DNA from: the human T2T-CHM13v2.0 reference genome, Homo sapiens
NCBI RefSeq assembly: GCF_009914755.1
Contig: NC_060929.1
Strand: one strand, 5' to 3'
DNA length: 64,000 nucleotides
Shown: piece by piece, positions 39,009 through 52,720 of the stretch
Layout: each line of letters begins with the position of its first letter
Position numbering within the stretch: position 1 is the stretch's first letter
Notes under the pieces: generated by a model
Seen by the model: only the letters and a program-made list of their open reading frames with translations
What the model was told of the DNA's origin: nothing
Database searches by the model: none
Translations under genes and position numbers: made by a program

Positions 39009-42000
39009 TTTCTCTACAATTTCATTACTGAAAGTTCTCTCTCAGTAATGAAACTTTTCTACATCTGAATTCACCATCCCACTGGTAGAGGAAATGGAAA
39101 AAAAAGGCATCACAGCCTCAACTGCTACCAAAAAGGGAAAGGTGTTGCTCAGTTACTAAGTGGTCAATATTCTTCTATCAAGTATACAACCTCGGAGGGT
39201 AGAAAAACATGCAGAAATAAGCCAGCCGCAAGAAGAAAGTTAAACATGTGATAAGTATACAGAGGAACATAAGAAGATTCCTGCTGAATGTACTATGGTG
39301 TTTCATAGAGGAGTTGCCATTCAAATTCAGTCTTGAAGAATGGCTTTATTTTGTCAGGAGGTGTATTCCTTCTAGAATCAAGATAAGCAAAGGCACAGAA
39401 AGAGGGAATCCTGGGGCAGTTGAGAATAAGAAGTAGCCTGCTCCCTCTAAGAAAATACAATCCACTATGGCTAGAAATAAAGGATTAATTCATATAGTTC
39501 CTGGCTTATCTGTCAAGCCGCAGAAATAAAACTTTGGAAGTTCTAAACATAGCAGGTGAAAAAAAATTACTTGAAGGTATGAGGTGGAGAAGGCATAAAG
39601 AATTCAAGGAGCAATGCTTACCTATGTCACTTTTACTGAGAGATTTACAGACAAGTACCACCTCATCTAAAGGGGTTAAAAGAGCTAGTCACATCATTTC
39701 ATGTTGAAAATCTTGCAGCTGATGCATTCCAAGGTAACATTCTGTGCTATTTATAAGAGATTGCAGGAAAAAAAAAAAATCCCTCTTGGACTTGGCTTTA
39801 CTCGATTTTCGTCTATCATGTGAGGAGATTCTCTTTGGTTGGTCACCACACTACTGACTACATTAGTAACAGCATGTAGGCCTCAAATTGTAAACAATTT
39901 TATTGTGATGACATAAGCGTTGGCTTACATTTTCAATAAGTATGGTTAATCGGGAAGAAATGGAAAGAGAAAAGCAGCTAGGTACATGGGGGTGCAACTG
40001 ATTAGCACATGCCAGCACCCAGTCAGCCTCACAGGAGGGAAGCATGATCTTTCTATCGGGGAGCTTGCAAGGCAGCAACATACTCTCTGGCCAAGCAGAC
40101 ACTGCTGAACCTGCTGGGATCTGCCAATGAAAGTGCTGCCAGTTTCTCAAGAAAAGGATAAGCATGCTCCCTTTTCCCTTCCCAGTTCCTTCTAGCTAGA
40201 GACCTTTCTTCTCTCCACCATTCCACCCCAGCCTAAGGGGAGTGAGAGGGAGCAATAAAGTAAGCTGTACCTTTAACCAGAAAGTGTAAGTGAGTGAGTG
40301 TGTGTGTTCTTTCCTGTTAAGCACAATCAAAAGGCAAAGAACCTGAGACAGGTTGGTAACCTGAGTGAGAGCCCTGGGCCATCTCTAAGATGCCTGCTCA
40401 GGGGCTTCCTATTGCTTAGCACATCAAGTCCTTGACTTCTAGGTCTAGTTTTTGAGGTCTGTCCTTGACAGCACAGAGGTCCTAAACAAGGAGGAAGATC
40501 TCCCCTATGATAGTAAAAAGGTACTATGCTTACTCTTGCAAGCCTAACTCTCTAATGCACTCCTTTTATCTGGAATACTCCTCTCTCTCATCTAAATCTA
40601 CCCAAATATTCTTAAGTCTTCACTCACTCAATATAAGGACTGGTCCTAAGTCCTAGAAATAAAAAGCTTAATAAAAGCATAGTACTTACTCTCAAGGAGC
40701 AAATAGTCCACTTCTAGTTTCAAATTTTGTGCCAACTCCAATCGTTAATGGCGCCCTGGAACACTGTATTGAGGATTTTGAAATCATACTCAAGCTGAAT
40801 AATAACGAGTGTCAAGGTTGATTAGCAATGTCTCCCACAGGTATAAAAGTTAGTGATGGAGATAGCCATATTCTTGCTATTTCTGGCTCCAGCTTAATTT
40901 CTACCTTCTTAATATAAGTTTTCCACTATCCCCAATCCCCAGTCCTCACTAACATCACTCGTACCATTTAGCACTAGATTATATTGTTTTACATTGTTAA
41001 GTTTGCTGCACATCACAGAATCACAGAAATAGCTTCTACTGAACTAAGTGAAGGCTAGAAAGTTCCAATACTGGGAGTAAAGCTCCTCTTGGGTCCAGGC
41101 TGCAGGAAAAGCTGCTGTGAGCTTTAAATACCATAGCTGGATCCAACCCAGAGAGATGGCATCGCACCACACTGCCGGAGTGTGGCTCTGGAAGCTGGGA
41201 AAGGTTAGCCATTGCAAGTCACGTTCTTTTGGCAAGTGCCACACTTTATGGTTTCACCGCACTTTGTTTTATCCCTTTAATAATGGAAAATAATTTTCTG
41301 TGTAAACTAAAATTGCATTCATTTCGGCTTCCCACCTCTTTTAAAAAAGAGGTTAAGGATACAAATTACTTCTAGTTCACAAAAACTAAACACGATTAAA
41401 TCATTAAGAATGAATTAAAAAAATTCAACTTAATAGATGTTAATATGCATAGATGAAATATTTGTTGAGCTTCTACCATGTACTTAATACTTTACCAAGC
41501 ACTATATGAAGTTTATAAAACCTTCTGGGGCCTATAATTTAGTTGAGCAAGGAAAGAAATGCATATGATCCAACTAACAAATAATCGCACCCTGGTTAAT
41601 ACCATGGTATTACTACTAATAACTGAAGTGATATTTAGAATTTAGCTGAGAGCCGTGTTAATGCTTAAGTCCCAAACCATTAGGGCTGTTAATACTTTTG
41701 CACTAACAGATCAATTTCAGGATCACTGCTATTTTTTAAACCATTGAAATGAACTATTCTTGAAGCTCTTCCTAGGTACAAAATATATTCAGAAAAATCT
41801 ATTTCAAATAAATTTACACCCAATAAATATTCTTAGCAATCATAATTTCTACAGATGTGGACTAAGAATTTATGATTAACCTGCTATCCAGTACAAAGTA
41901 GAGGAGCCTTTAAAATTGATATATTGTAATATATCTTTACCAACCAAGATGACATAATCCAAGTACATTCAGTACATTTTCCTCTGGTATATTCAAATTG

Positions 42001-43667
42001 GATTTGCTGGTACGATTTCCTTATCCCTAGTTTTTTCTTGTATAACACGGGAATTATACAGATAATTCAGGCAAATCCTTCACTCCTACATCACTCCAGC
42101 AACATTTGGAATTACCAAGATGAATCAGACAAAATCAATTTTTTGAGCATAATTATTCAGATAATTATTTCAACCCTCCATTTCACTTTGGCTATGAGGA
42201 TATGGCCTTAAAAGACTTTCCAACCAGGAACAGCACTAATTAAAAAAAATGTAGGACCACGAAGTTACGCCAAGGATCCCCAGTCAGCCCAGTGCATCTG
42301 AATGCCACATCAGGTCTTTAACTGACCAAGTAAATTAATACTTCAAAGTATAAAATTCATTAATGGCCAAGTATAAATTTGGGTTTCACTCATTTGGTTT
42401 AGCAGAGTATTCATATTTTAGAAGTATATTTTCCTATTTTAGAAGTAGTCATCTCAGGATTTAAAACAAAGTAAATTTCTTCAATGTATTTATGATGATG
42501 ATCTGATTTACATCTTTTAAAGAACTGTATCAGGTTAAAATGGAATGATACTCGGAACAGCTGTTTATTCTAAGATTGCTGCTCAAATACCTTTTCCTAC
42601 CTGAATTATCTCTATAGCTCAAGAGGAAGCAGGACTGGGCTAACCCAAATAGACTATCCCAACTGTCCTAATTCCTCAAACGATTCCCAATTCTCTCCCT
42701 CACTGTTCACTGGAAACTGTGGTGAAAAAGACAGTACCATATAAAATTATTCTCTTAGGTACTCTTCAGCATCTCCACAATCAAGAGTCACTGAGCAACT
42801 GGTATATTTACATTCTAAGCCCAATGGTACAAGCTATGAATAGGACCGCATCCCTCCCCAATCTTTGTCTTTTTCTTTAAACAAGGAAACCTTATGTTAA
42901 TGGAGAGATTATTGAAAGAGTCTTCTTGTAAGCCCATGAATGCCACTTCACAAACTATACAGAAAGCAGAGCTCTATGAATGGTACAATGGAGTCAACTC
43001 ATCTGTTTTAAAAGCTCAGCATCAGTCTTAAAGAGAACTTATATTGTTCCAATTCCTAGGTCTCTGTTAAAACATAATGAACTCATGCTTACGTCACTGT
43101 GAGTCCATGGCACACACACACACTGAGAGGCAAGTTCACTGTGTAGAAGGCAATCATGTTGAAAACCAGGACTTAACCTTGACATTGGATTAAATAACTT
43201 ATTTTTTCAAACTATTCAATAGGATCATCTATTCATTCTGAACTGTTTTCTTCTCATTAACTTATCCAAAGCAAGTGCCTTTAAAATAGAATACCTAAAT
43301 AGATCTCATGTAAAATACAATCATAGCAATTAAAATTTAGCAGAAAGCCAAATGTAAATTAAAGAAATGCTGAAGACTTAATATCCTACTAATTGCAAAA
43401 AAAAACACAAAACTGTGGGGGTGGGAGAGGCATATTTACTAGAAAACAAAAAGTTGGAGAATGACTTATTGAAAAAAATGTTCTGTTCAACTAAGATACA
43501 GCAAACTATACTCAAAACTGACACTTTTAACAGTACTCTTGAGTTGCACAACCCTAGGTGCCACCATGCACAACTTTATGTAAATAGCACTCCGTGCAGT
43601 GGCGTTCAAGGAGGCCCATACACAGAACACATGTAATTGGTGCCTCCTAGAGCTGCACAAGTTGATT

Positions 43668-43668
43668 T

Positions 43669-43701
<33 letters not shown>

Positions 43702-43748
43702 GATATGTAGATATATATAGATTATATATATATTTTATAGATATATAA
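43668..43748. repeat. (TA)n-rich microsatellite
   Basis: Interrupted TA run. Confidence 0.9.
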
Positions 43749-46105
43749 ATGATACAGAAGGGACTCGAGAATCCTTAAGTGTCTCCACATTATTGTTGTA
43801 AAACATTATCATTTTAGATACGTAAAAAGTCTAGATATTGAGTCACTGTTACGAATTCTGGAATCTACTAAATAATTTCTTACACTAAAATGAGCTGATT
43901 ATAAATTTGTATTTGAAATAAGCCCTTTACTAAATAGGTAAAATATACTGAAATTAGATCCTCTTTAGCGTTTTAAATTATGTAACTGGAAATACAAGTT
44001 TAACAGGAGAGCCATGCTTATGTATTTTCTAGAGGTGTCCAGGAGACAAATCTACTGCTTCACTAGAAGCAGTTTCTACTGTATGTGGGCTAAGTCTTCA
44101 CTCTAAGTAAGCCAGTTACAGAGGTCCACAAAGTAATTCCAATTTTAATCAAGGGAAGAAAACTAACTTGATTTTGCCAAAAGGCAGAAAGAGGAGATAC
44201 AAAGACACCTCTAATATCACTTCTTAAAAAAAAAAAAAGTGAAACCTTTTTTTACATTAATATGTGCAAAGACTTTTAAGATCTCAAGACTTTCTGGAAA
44301 AAGAGAATTGCTAGAAAGTTACTTGGAATCACCCACAGACAATAACTGTCAGTGGTTTCATTTCAGGCAATGGGCTTGTGCCAAAAGGGACTGACATCTT
44401 GATGAAAGGATCACCAAAAAGTTGTGAGAATTTTTTCATGAGTAAAAATCCTTCCAGGAGCAACAAATTGTGATTCCCCATTCTGCCACCATACATAAAC
44501 GACAACTGCAAAAAAATTAACACGTAATAATAATTTGCATTTGCTTTTCTGCATTCAAATGGTTCCAACTTCCACTCTCAGCTTTGGCAGGCATGCTTAC
44601 CTTCTACAAAGCTCATTCTACTTACTACTACAGAAACATGGTATCTTACTCTTTGAGCTTGATCTATAGAGTTAGTTTTGGTAGGGTCCATAGTCATATT
44701 TATGTTTAAACTGGTCACCTGACATATTGCAACATACATGAAACCTCTGTGATCTATTTATGCTCACAGAAAGTAGGTAACGTTCTGAGATAAAGAGCTT
44801 GGAGGCAAGGTGATGTGGCCAGTCACAGTAAAAAATAAGTAAACACAAATACTTTACAGCAGTTGATTTTATTACCATCCTATTATTCTATGACAACAGC
44901 TAATTAAGAATTTAATATGAAGTTGGGAACCATTTGCACAAAATCCATTGATTAGCTTAATTTTATGTTCACTTCTTTTGTCTTTCTACCTCAAGTTCCT
45001 TAATTTGATCATTTTCAAACAAGGTCCATGTGGTGCTTTGACACCCACTTGTTGAAATGACAAGTGACGCATACATAAAAAATAAAACACTTGTTAATAA
45101 AAATCAAACTGAACTCATTTAACTGCCTGATTCATTTTTCTCCTTGGAAGCTTATACTTGGGTTGTTCTCAAAGAAAACATCAAAGATATCAGATTAAAT
45201 TTTGATTCATTAAATTCCACCCTCGTTTCAAAGAAAAAAACTAAAACTAAATTTGGAAATCACACATTCTAAGTGACAAAGAGGTGTTTTAAAGAGTATA
45301 AACATCTGCAGTAGGACACGCTGTACTTCACTAAAAAGTTTTATGATATTTCTATTATTTTTTTTAGTTCATCTTATTTCCAAAGAGGAAATTTTTCATA
45401 GATGATTAATATACTTATTCAGCTGCTTTTAATGTGTATTCCTTCTGTTTCCTTAATCAGTAATCAAACATTAAACTGCATTCTCTGTGGATCATAAGCT
45501 TTGTCAGAAATAGTTATACTTTTATTTAGAGGTTAACATGCTTGACTTCTAAAATTGAGTACATGTCTCTCACAAATGAAATTATAAATCGAGAAAAATA
45601 ACAGTAATTATATTTAAATAGATGGGGCACATTAATATAAAAATTCATGCTTTTCATCTATATTGCTTTAAAGGATAGCATATACAGTAGCTGTTTGATC
45701 AGCTGGACAGACTCCTCAGTTTTGGATAACTTCGGCCTAGCTCTAAGACCCAAGGCTTTGTTTGAGCCCTACTGCTGTCACCACCTCCATGCGTGTCACA
45801 ACACATCACTCTTCTTAAAGAACCGAATAGTTTCTGTTGTTCAAATTAAATAAATCCTCACTTCTGAAAGAGGAATTTTAGTTTTCTATTCAAAATAATT
45901 GCAAGTCAAAGAACTAATTTGCCACATCCAATTCACATAAATTGCTGTACTGCAACGCTCCCAGGAACTGGAGATAGAACCTTTTAAAGGTCAGATGGGG
46001 TGTAGAACAATGAAGGGTTGAGGCGGATGAAGATGGGTGGTTGATATTTATATGTAACAGACTGGTAAGAAGTACTGAGAATCTCCTCTGATGACCAAGT
46101 CTTAC

Positions 46106-46108
46106 CAT
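46106..46108 (-). CDS. NREP: NREP start codon (last 3 nt of exon 46166-46106)
   Basis: ttttgcAG|GTTGGTCTCC...CTCAAAATG|GTaagac. An in-frame TGA lies upstream in the same exon. After splicing the Kozak context is strong (A at -3, G at +4). Confidence 0.93.
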
Positions 46109-46166
46109 TTTGAGAATCTTAGTCTTGGGCTTCTATTCTCCCTCTCTTCAGTCCAGGGAGACCAAC
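46109..46166 (-). other. NREP: NREP 5'UTR part of the ATG-bearing exon
   Basis: AG acceptor at 46168-46167. Confidence 0.88.
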
Positions 46167-47473
46167 CTGCAAAATATGTTTAAATACAGTAGACACATCG
46201 CCTCACCACAGGTCAGCAAACGAAAAATGCCTCTTTAGAGGTTACAGACGAATAACCATTTTCTGTGGTTAAGATAAGTTACATGCAAATTATTGTTAAC
46301 TACTGGGATTTCTGAAAGAGCTTTCCAAGTGGCCTATAGGCTTAACTAAGGGACAAAGGAATCCCTGGTACTTGGCTTTGCAGAGTCCTGGGCTATTCTT
46401 AGTGTTTGGTTCATCTTTAAATTGCATGAGTTCAAAAGGTTTAGCAACTTAAAAGTAGAACCAAGTGATAAAAATAGATTGTTTTCTGGCTGCTCTTTGT
46501 TCCCAGACATACTACTGGCAGTATATTTGCAATCAAGACGACAGAATAGGAATCAGCCTTCCACCGTGTAGTGTAATGCCTCAGAGTGGATATTTTTGGA
46601 AATGGCACTGCATTACATAACCTTCCGTGTTTAAAAAAAAAAAAAAAAAACCTACACGGCGGGGGGGGGTGGGGGGAGTCAGGAATATACACCATTCTGT
46701 CCTTCTCCCTAAACCAAATAAACATTAATGTACATACTGCTGCAGTGATTTACCCTCAACCTTTATATTATCAGAAGACCGCTCTTTTGTTAACACAGTT
46801 ATGACAAAAATTAAGATGAATGGAGAAACTAAAAGTTCTCAAAAAGGGTATCATTCGCTCTTAGAGTTTTCCTATAATGTTATTATAGATACACATAAAT
46901 GCACATCAGATTATTATAATCACCAAGAAAAAAACAGTCATTTATTTTTAAGGCCCTCCCCGCCAAAGTTCAACTGCTTTATAAGAAAATGCAGAAAAAA
47001 GTGCTGCAAGATCGAATGCCTAAGAAGACCCTCGGAAGCAGCAGCATTGAAAGAGTAATCAAGTGTAAGGGCGGAGGGACACAAATTCATTTTATAAAAA
47101 GGGAGGAAAAGCTTGCATGCACCAAAGTGCATTTAATGCAAAGAAACACAACAGTTTCTAACAAGGCTTTAGGAGCAAGAAGAACAAAATTAACCACACC
47201 AACAAGCACAAAACCCCACCCCTTCCCAAAAGAATTCATTTCTCCCTCCGAACTTGTGCATTTTAGAAAAAACCCAAGTTAAATTCCAGCCTGAATGCAG
47301 CACAACCAAAATGCCAGAATTTCTCCAAGGTACACGCTTCAGCTCTTTAAAATTTAGAGGGAAGAAGCATGAACTCTGCAGGGTTGAAGGGTCCAGCTAA
47401 GAGCAACGGCAAGGAATCGACACAAAAGAGAAACCAGCGCTCCCAGCCGGGGATAGGAATGGCATATACTTAC

Positions 47474-47517
47474 AGACAAAAGCCCCGCTCCCTGTTCACT
47501 CTCTCTCCTCTCTACAC
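47474..47517 (-). other. NREP: NREP non-coding leader exon (donor at 47473; acceptor at 47519-47518, or 3' part of a longer first exon)
   Basis: gtgtttcAG|GTGTAGAGAGG...CTTTTGTCT|GTAAGT. Confidence 0.7.
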
Positions 47518-47779
47518 CTGAAACACAAATGTGGTTGAAAAAGGGCAACATGCTAGAAAGACAGATTGGGGGGGGAGGGGGGATTGGGGGAGGGAGGGGG
47601 AGGGGAAAGGGGTGGAGGAAGAGGAGGGAGGAGGGGGAAGGGAAACAAAACCCAAACCGGCTTCACTTCCAAGAAGTGCAGCCTTGGAAAAAGGAGGAGG
47701 AGATCATCTCCCTGCCTCGCGCTCTCTCTCCAAGAGTGTGTGTGTCTCTCTCTTTCTCTAAGAGTCTCTCTCTCTCCCT

Positions 47780-48680
47780 TTCCCTCTCTCTCCCGCTAGG
47801 GTGCTAGTGAACAATGAGCTAATTCTGATGGAGCTGGCGCGGAGCCAGCGCCCCAGCCTTGCTGCCACTGTGCAGCCGCCTAGGAGCCAGACTGCTTACT
47901 CGGCAGGAATCGGCGGCTCTGGGCCCCGTCGGCGAGCGGCCAACAGGCGCGCGCGCCCCGACACCCCGCACCCGCGCCCCGGGCGCCCCGCTCGCCGCGC
48001 CGTCCCCACTGCACCGCGCGGCGCCCCGGGGAGACAAAGCGGACCCGCAGCTCTGCGCCCCGGCCCCGCCCCGGGAGCACGGCGCGCGCAAATCCCCGGC
48101 CTTCCTCCCCGCCCCCGGCCAGCCTCTCCGCCTCGACGTGCGGTTGCTTTTCAGACAAATAAGGAGGTGGAGGAGGCGGTTTGGGGGCGCGCCAAGCGTG
48201 AAGGCGGCCAGGGTGCTGCACAGCCCGGCGGCCCGCCAGGGCCGTGGGGAGAGGCGGCGCGGCCCGTACTGTAATAATAAACCTGCAGCAGAGGGCATCT
48301 GAGGAAAAGAGGACGGCGACGGGCGGCAGCCGCCTTCCTTTTATGTGCCTGTCCTGAGCGAAGCAGAAAATGGTGCCTGCGGCGGCGCGGAGCCGCGCTC
48401 AGACACACAAAGAGTCCGCGAAGGATGCATTTGCACACGGCCTCGGGTCGGACCCTGCCCCTCAGCTGGGTACGCGCGCCCCACTCCCTTCCGCGGGGAA
48501 GCCCGGGGCGGGGAGCGCCCCTGAAGGCCGGGCCCAGAGGTCCTGTGGCTGCGCGTGCACACACACACGTGCACACAGTCACACGCGCACAACCAGCCAG
48601 AGCTGCGGCCTGGCGTGATCGGCCCAAGACATACTCCCCTGGTGCTTCCTTCTCCTTCCCTATACGCTCCCCCACTGCCT
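47780..48680. promoter_or_regulatory. NREP: CpG island / NREP promoter
   Basis: Very high GC and CpG density with GC-boxes (ccccgccc, ggggcgggg). It is the only such island in the window and sits at the 5' end of the minus-strand gene. Confidence 0.92.
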
Positions 48681-49738
48681 GCCCGTCTGAAATTGTACTT
48701 TTTAAAATCGAGGACTGCTTTAAAAAATAAAGTGCTTTGCCATTTCTGATTTTTGTAAACTCGTCGTTCTTATTTAAAATCTATCTTTTCATAGTAATGT
48801 AATAGCTCAAAATTTTGCAACAAACTCAAATAAACTGGTTCTGTTGCCAATAAAGCAGGATATCATTTTATGGTAACTCTCAGATGTCACAGGAGAAGAT
48901 TATTTCCTAATTAAATTGCCTTTCCAAGAAAAAAAGATATAAAGGATCATAGTGTCTTCTAAATTTGCCATCCACTTTTTCCCCTAATCACTGAAAGCAA
49001 TGTTTTCCATTGTAACAAAGAAAATAAGGCAAATTTACAAAACTCAATTTTTAAACGTGTTTACAGAATGTCTGATGTTTTAGATTTAACATACTGGGTA
49101 CAGCAATAGCAAACCTTAAAAAGCAATACTTTACACTCACAATTCTAAAAGAATGCACTGAGTTCTCTGTATGCTTGTTGCTGGGACTATAGGTCACCTT
49201 TAAAACTACAAAGCCATTGCCACAACAAATGCCTGTTAGACTGCACTGGGTATGATGTTTAAGGAGCCCACTGAAAGCTTCTCTGAATTAATCTAAAACA
49301 TCACAGTAATTTTCCTGCAAAAATAAGATGATTTGGCAGCCATAGCTAGGAACAAAGGGAAGAAATATAAAACTCAACAAATTCCCTTGACCCTTTCAGG
49401 CCAGTTTACCAGCCAGGGAAGTACTGGAAGGAAGGTGTAAGGCATAGGCTGGGTGGTGGGAGAGGGGAGACGCCTGGGGGCTGATCTGCAAGTCTGGAAC
49501 CCCAACACGCTGCTCAAGGGCACCTCAACATTGAGATCTTTGGCATTCACCTCAGGGTCAGGCTGGGAAAGGACCCCAAGGGCGCACCATCAAATCAGAC
49601 TACCAAAAATCTATCCCAGTGATATTTGTTCAAAAGCTGCTTCTACAAGGAAACATACATATAAACACATACATACACAGGGACTTTAACGTTTATGTAA
49701 AACTTCCCTAAGATGTTCTTTCACAGAGAAGTGTTAAT

Positions 49739-49891
49739 TTTTCTTTCTTTCTTTCTTTCTTTTTTTTTTTTTAAGAAATGGAGACTTACCATGTTACCAT
49801 GTTGCCCGGTCTCAAACTCCTGGATTCAGGCAATCCTCACTACGGCCTCCCAAAGTGCTGGGATTACAGGCACAAGCCACCTCTCTTGGCC
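49739..49891 (-). mobile_element. Alu monomer (FLAM-like)
   Basis: T-tail, then ...gcctcccaaagtgctgggattacaggcacaagccac; left arm only. Confidence 0.85.
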
Positions 49892-50416
49892 AATTTTTCT
49901 TCATTGTAATGATAGACATTCAGGTGACAGATTTTTAAGTATTAAGAACACTGGGTCAGATTCATAGCTTATTTATCTGTTGTGTTCCAGAAAACGGTTA
50001 TCATCCAACTATCCAAGAAACATTCTTGAGTCTCCTCTAGGTGAAGGGGGCTGTGCTAATCACTTAAGGATATATGAGAAACTCATGCCATGTCACCTCA
50101 CTCAAACTGTAGCTATAGCTGTCTCACAGTCCTCCTAGCTGCCATGTTCTGCCCTCTTCCATCTATCCTGTAGGTGTTACAGTAGACCCACTCTTCTAAA
50201 ATTTCTTTTTAATCATGGTATCCCCTGCTCCATTACGGGATAAAGGCCATATTTTGCCACAGTGTGACTATAGTCTGACTTTCTAACCTTATCATCTCTC
50301 TCTCAATCATAGAATATCAGTCCTTCACTTCACTCTGATTGATCATTTAGGGCACATAATTATCCCTAAGCCATTACCAGTCAGGAAGCAAAGTCACGCA
50401 AAGATTGACTTCAGCT

Positions 50417-50648
50417 AAGATGTCTCAACCCTTCAGTTATATTGACATTTGGGACAAGATAATTTTTTGACGGGGTGAGGATGGAGGGTGAGGCTGTCCT
50501 GTGCATAGTATAATGTTTAACAACATCTCTGGCCTCTACCCATCAGATGCCTGTAGGAAACGCCAGTTGTCACAACCAGATATGTATCCAGACACTACCA
50601 AATGTTCCAAGGGGTCAGGGAGACTCATCCTTGATTGAGAACCACTAG
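50417..50648 (-). mobile_element. MER20 (hAT-Charlie MITE)
   Basis: ggctgtcctgtgcat...ctggcctctacccatcagatgcc...ccagacactaccaaatgttcc...ttgagaaccact. Confidence 0.82.
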
Positions 50649-51599
50649 CTCTAACAATCAGATCCATCTCCTGAGGTGGAAAGAGGTAGCCTCCCTTGAG
50701 TTATGTGCACTGCATTGAAGAGGGACAGAGACCTGACCCAAATCAGGATTTTCGTAGGGAGGAGGAAAGGGAAGTAGGCGATGTCCTTATCTTCATGGAA
50801 TTTGTCGTCTGGGGTGAAGGGGTAAAGAGACAGCCAAAGCCAAAGTGAAGGTGCAGTGTGATAAGGATGATTGTAGAGTTCTTGCACAGGTTTCACTGTG
50901 GATGCCAGGGCTCCTTTCTAAATCAGACCAGCAGTTCAAAGAAAGTTTGCTAAGGGAGGTGAGGCCTAAACTGAATTTGTGAAGAATGAGAAAGAGTCAG
51001 CAAGTTGAAGGAGGAAAGGGGCCTTCTGAGCAGAGGCAGGGGCAGATCATGAGCTAAGAAATTTGACTGATGACTGATGACATCCAGATGGTATAAGAAA
51101 ATAAAAACCCTGGGTCAGAACCTGATTCTTGGGTTCTGTCCCTGGCAAGTATGCCAAAGAATAGTCCCTCACAGGATTTGCTCAGTAGAAAAGGATGTAC
51201 TTTAGACACAGGATTTTTCTTCTCCCTTAGATATGTCATTCTCAAGTATTTCCTGATTATAGCTAAATGTATCTCAAATCTATATATTCCTGCAACTTTA
51301 TTAATTTTTGGTCAATGTCATTGCTTGGGGTAACCAGTTCCATGAGTCTGAGTTCCAGGTGAAAGGTTAGTAGAAAAGTGGTTAGAGCCAGCTCTATGTG
51401 GCCTTGGATAAGTCATTTAACCTTTTAGTCTCAGTTTATTCATCTTTCAGTTGGAGTTCATACCATAGTGCCAAATTGTTGTATTATGTGAGACTGTGTA
51501 CAGTGTTTAGCATATAAGTTAACATTACATATACAGTAGCAATAGGTATTATAGACTGCTTTATAGAACAAAACTTATATGATGTTTCCTGATGGATCC

Positions 51600-52720
51600 C
51601 ACCTCTCCTTCTGGCCTCATGTCTTGTCCTCTCTGGTCAGATTGAATGAGGGCACTTTTGCAGTGAGTTACACTGTTGCACAACCCTTGAGCCTTTCCAC
51701 ATGCTATTCCTCCTGCTGGAAGGCCCCTTTCCCACTTCTTCAATTTGCTAATTCCTGCTCCTTCTTCTCACATTCAGTTTAGGCATCACCACCTTTTTAA
51801 GAAATGTTCTTTGAACTGCTGATCTCATTTAGAAAGGAGTCTTTGTGGTCACAGTGCACCAGGTACAGAACTCTACACTTGTCCTTACCACTCTACACCT
51901 GAACTTGGACTTTATTTTTCTGTCTTCACCACTAGACTATAAATTCCATGAAGGAACAGATCGCAGGATACATTGTTGATCGCATATGTAACATCCATTA
52001 TCCCTTTCTTCCTTCTCAACGAAATCTTGATTTTTGTCCTGGTCTCCATCCCTCCCATACAGCCTGCTAGATCCAGGGAAGGTGACGCCAAGGAATAGAT
52101 TCTAATTATCTTAGCCAATCAGTGTATTGAATTGGATCTGATAATGGGCTAATAAGCAGGTGACCTAAGTTCAACCAATCAGACCGAAGGGAAAGAATTG
52201 TATTTCATGCTTAAGAAATGTGAATGCTATTCTTAAAGTAATGCAAAACTGTAGAAGAAATGTAATCTGAAAGTGACAAGATTTTTTTTTTCCAGGGAAG
52301 GTTATTCTGAGAGTAATTTGGCGGATGGATTTGAGCACGGAGAAGGGGCAGAAATGAGGAAATGAGTTCAATTTCAGAGAATATTAGAGTAATTCACATG
52401 AGTAAATATGAATGGCCCAAATTAAGATGGAGGGCATGGGAAAGGAAAAGAGGGAAGGAGTCAAGTTGCATTATGGAGTTAGAATTGCAGGACTCATTAT
52501 GGGTTCAGAAAGCACAGGAGATTAGCTGGAGAAAAGAGTCTAAGATGATTCTAGATTCTGGCTTTGTGACTGCTTGGATGATGATGGGATTTCCTAAAAC
52601 AGAAAATACAGGAAGAAAAGTGTCTATGGGAGGATCAGTGGGTGACACTGAGTTCAATTTTATACCTGTTGAATGTATAACACACATATTCAATGATGTT
52701 CCAGTAGCTATCTTTGAGTA
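51600..52720. mobile_element. Diverged L2 fragments with an intervening old LTR-like piece (~51990-52200)
   Basis: L2-like cctttccacatgctattcctcc...ctagactataaattccatgaagg and agagtctaagatgattctagattctggc...ggacactgagttcaatt. Confidence 0.55.

Larger units (their letters stand above)
19630..48680 (-). other. NREP: NREP transcription unit (proximal-promoter isoforms); ends approximate
   Basis: The spliced CDS matches the recalled P311/NREP protein, with a CpG island at the 5' end and AATAAA at the 3' end. Confidence 0.93.

Noticed and set aside
45914-46108. 64-aa ORF starting at the NREP ATG
   Set aside because: It is simply read-through into the intron past a canonical GTAAG donor.
48268-48286. 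CAG GTT TAT TAT (QVYY) in the CpG island resembling the start of the NREP coding exon (AG GTT TAT TAC)
   Set aside because: Only ~10 nt of identity with no extension, so compatible with chance.
47801-48749. Several overlapping 100-174 aa ORFs on both strands
   Set aside because: These are Ala/Arg/Pro/Gly-rich ORFs expected from stop-codon scarcity in a CpG island, with no recognisable domain.
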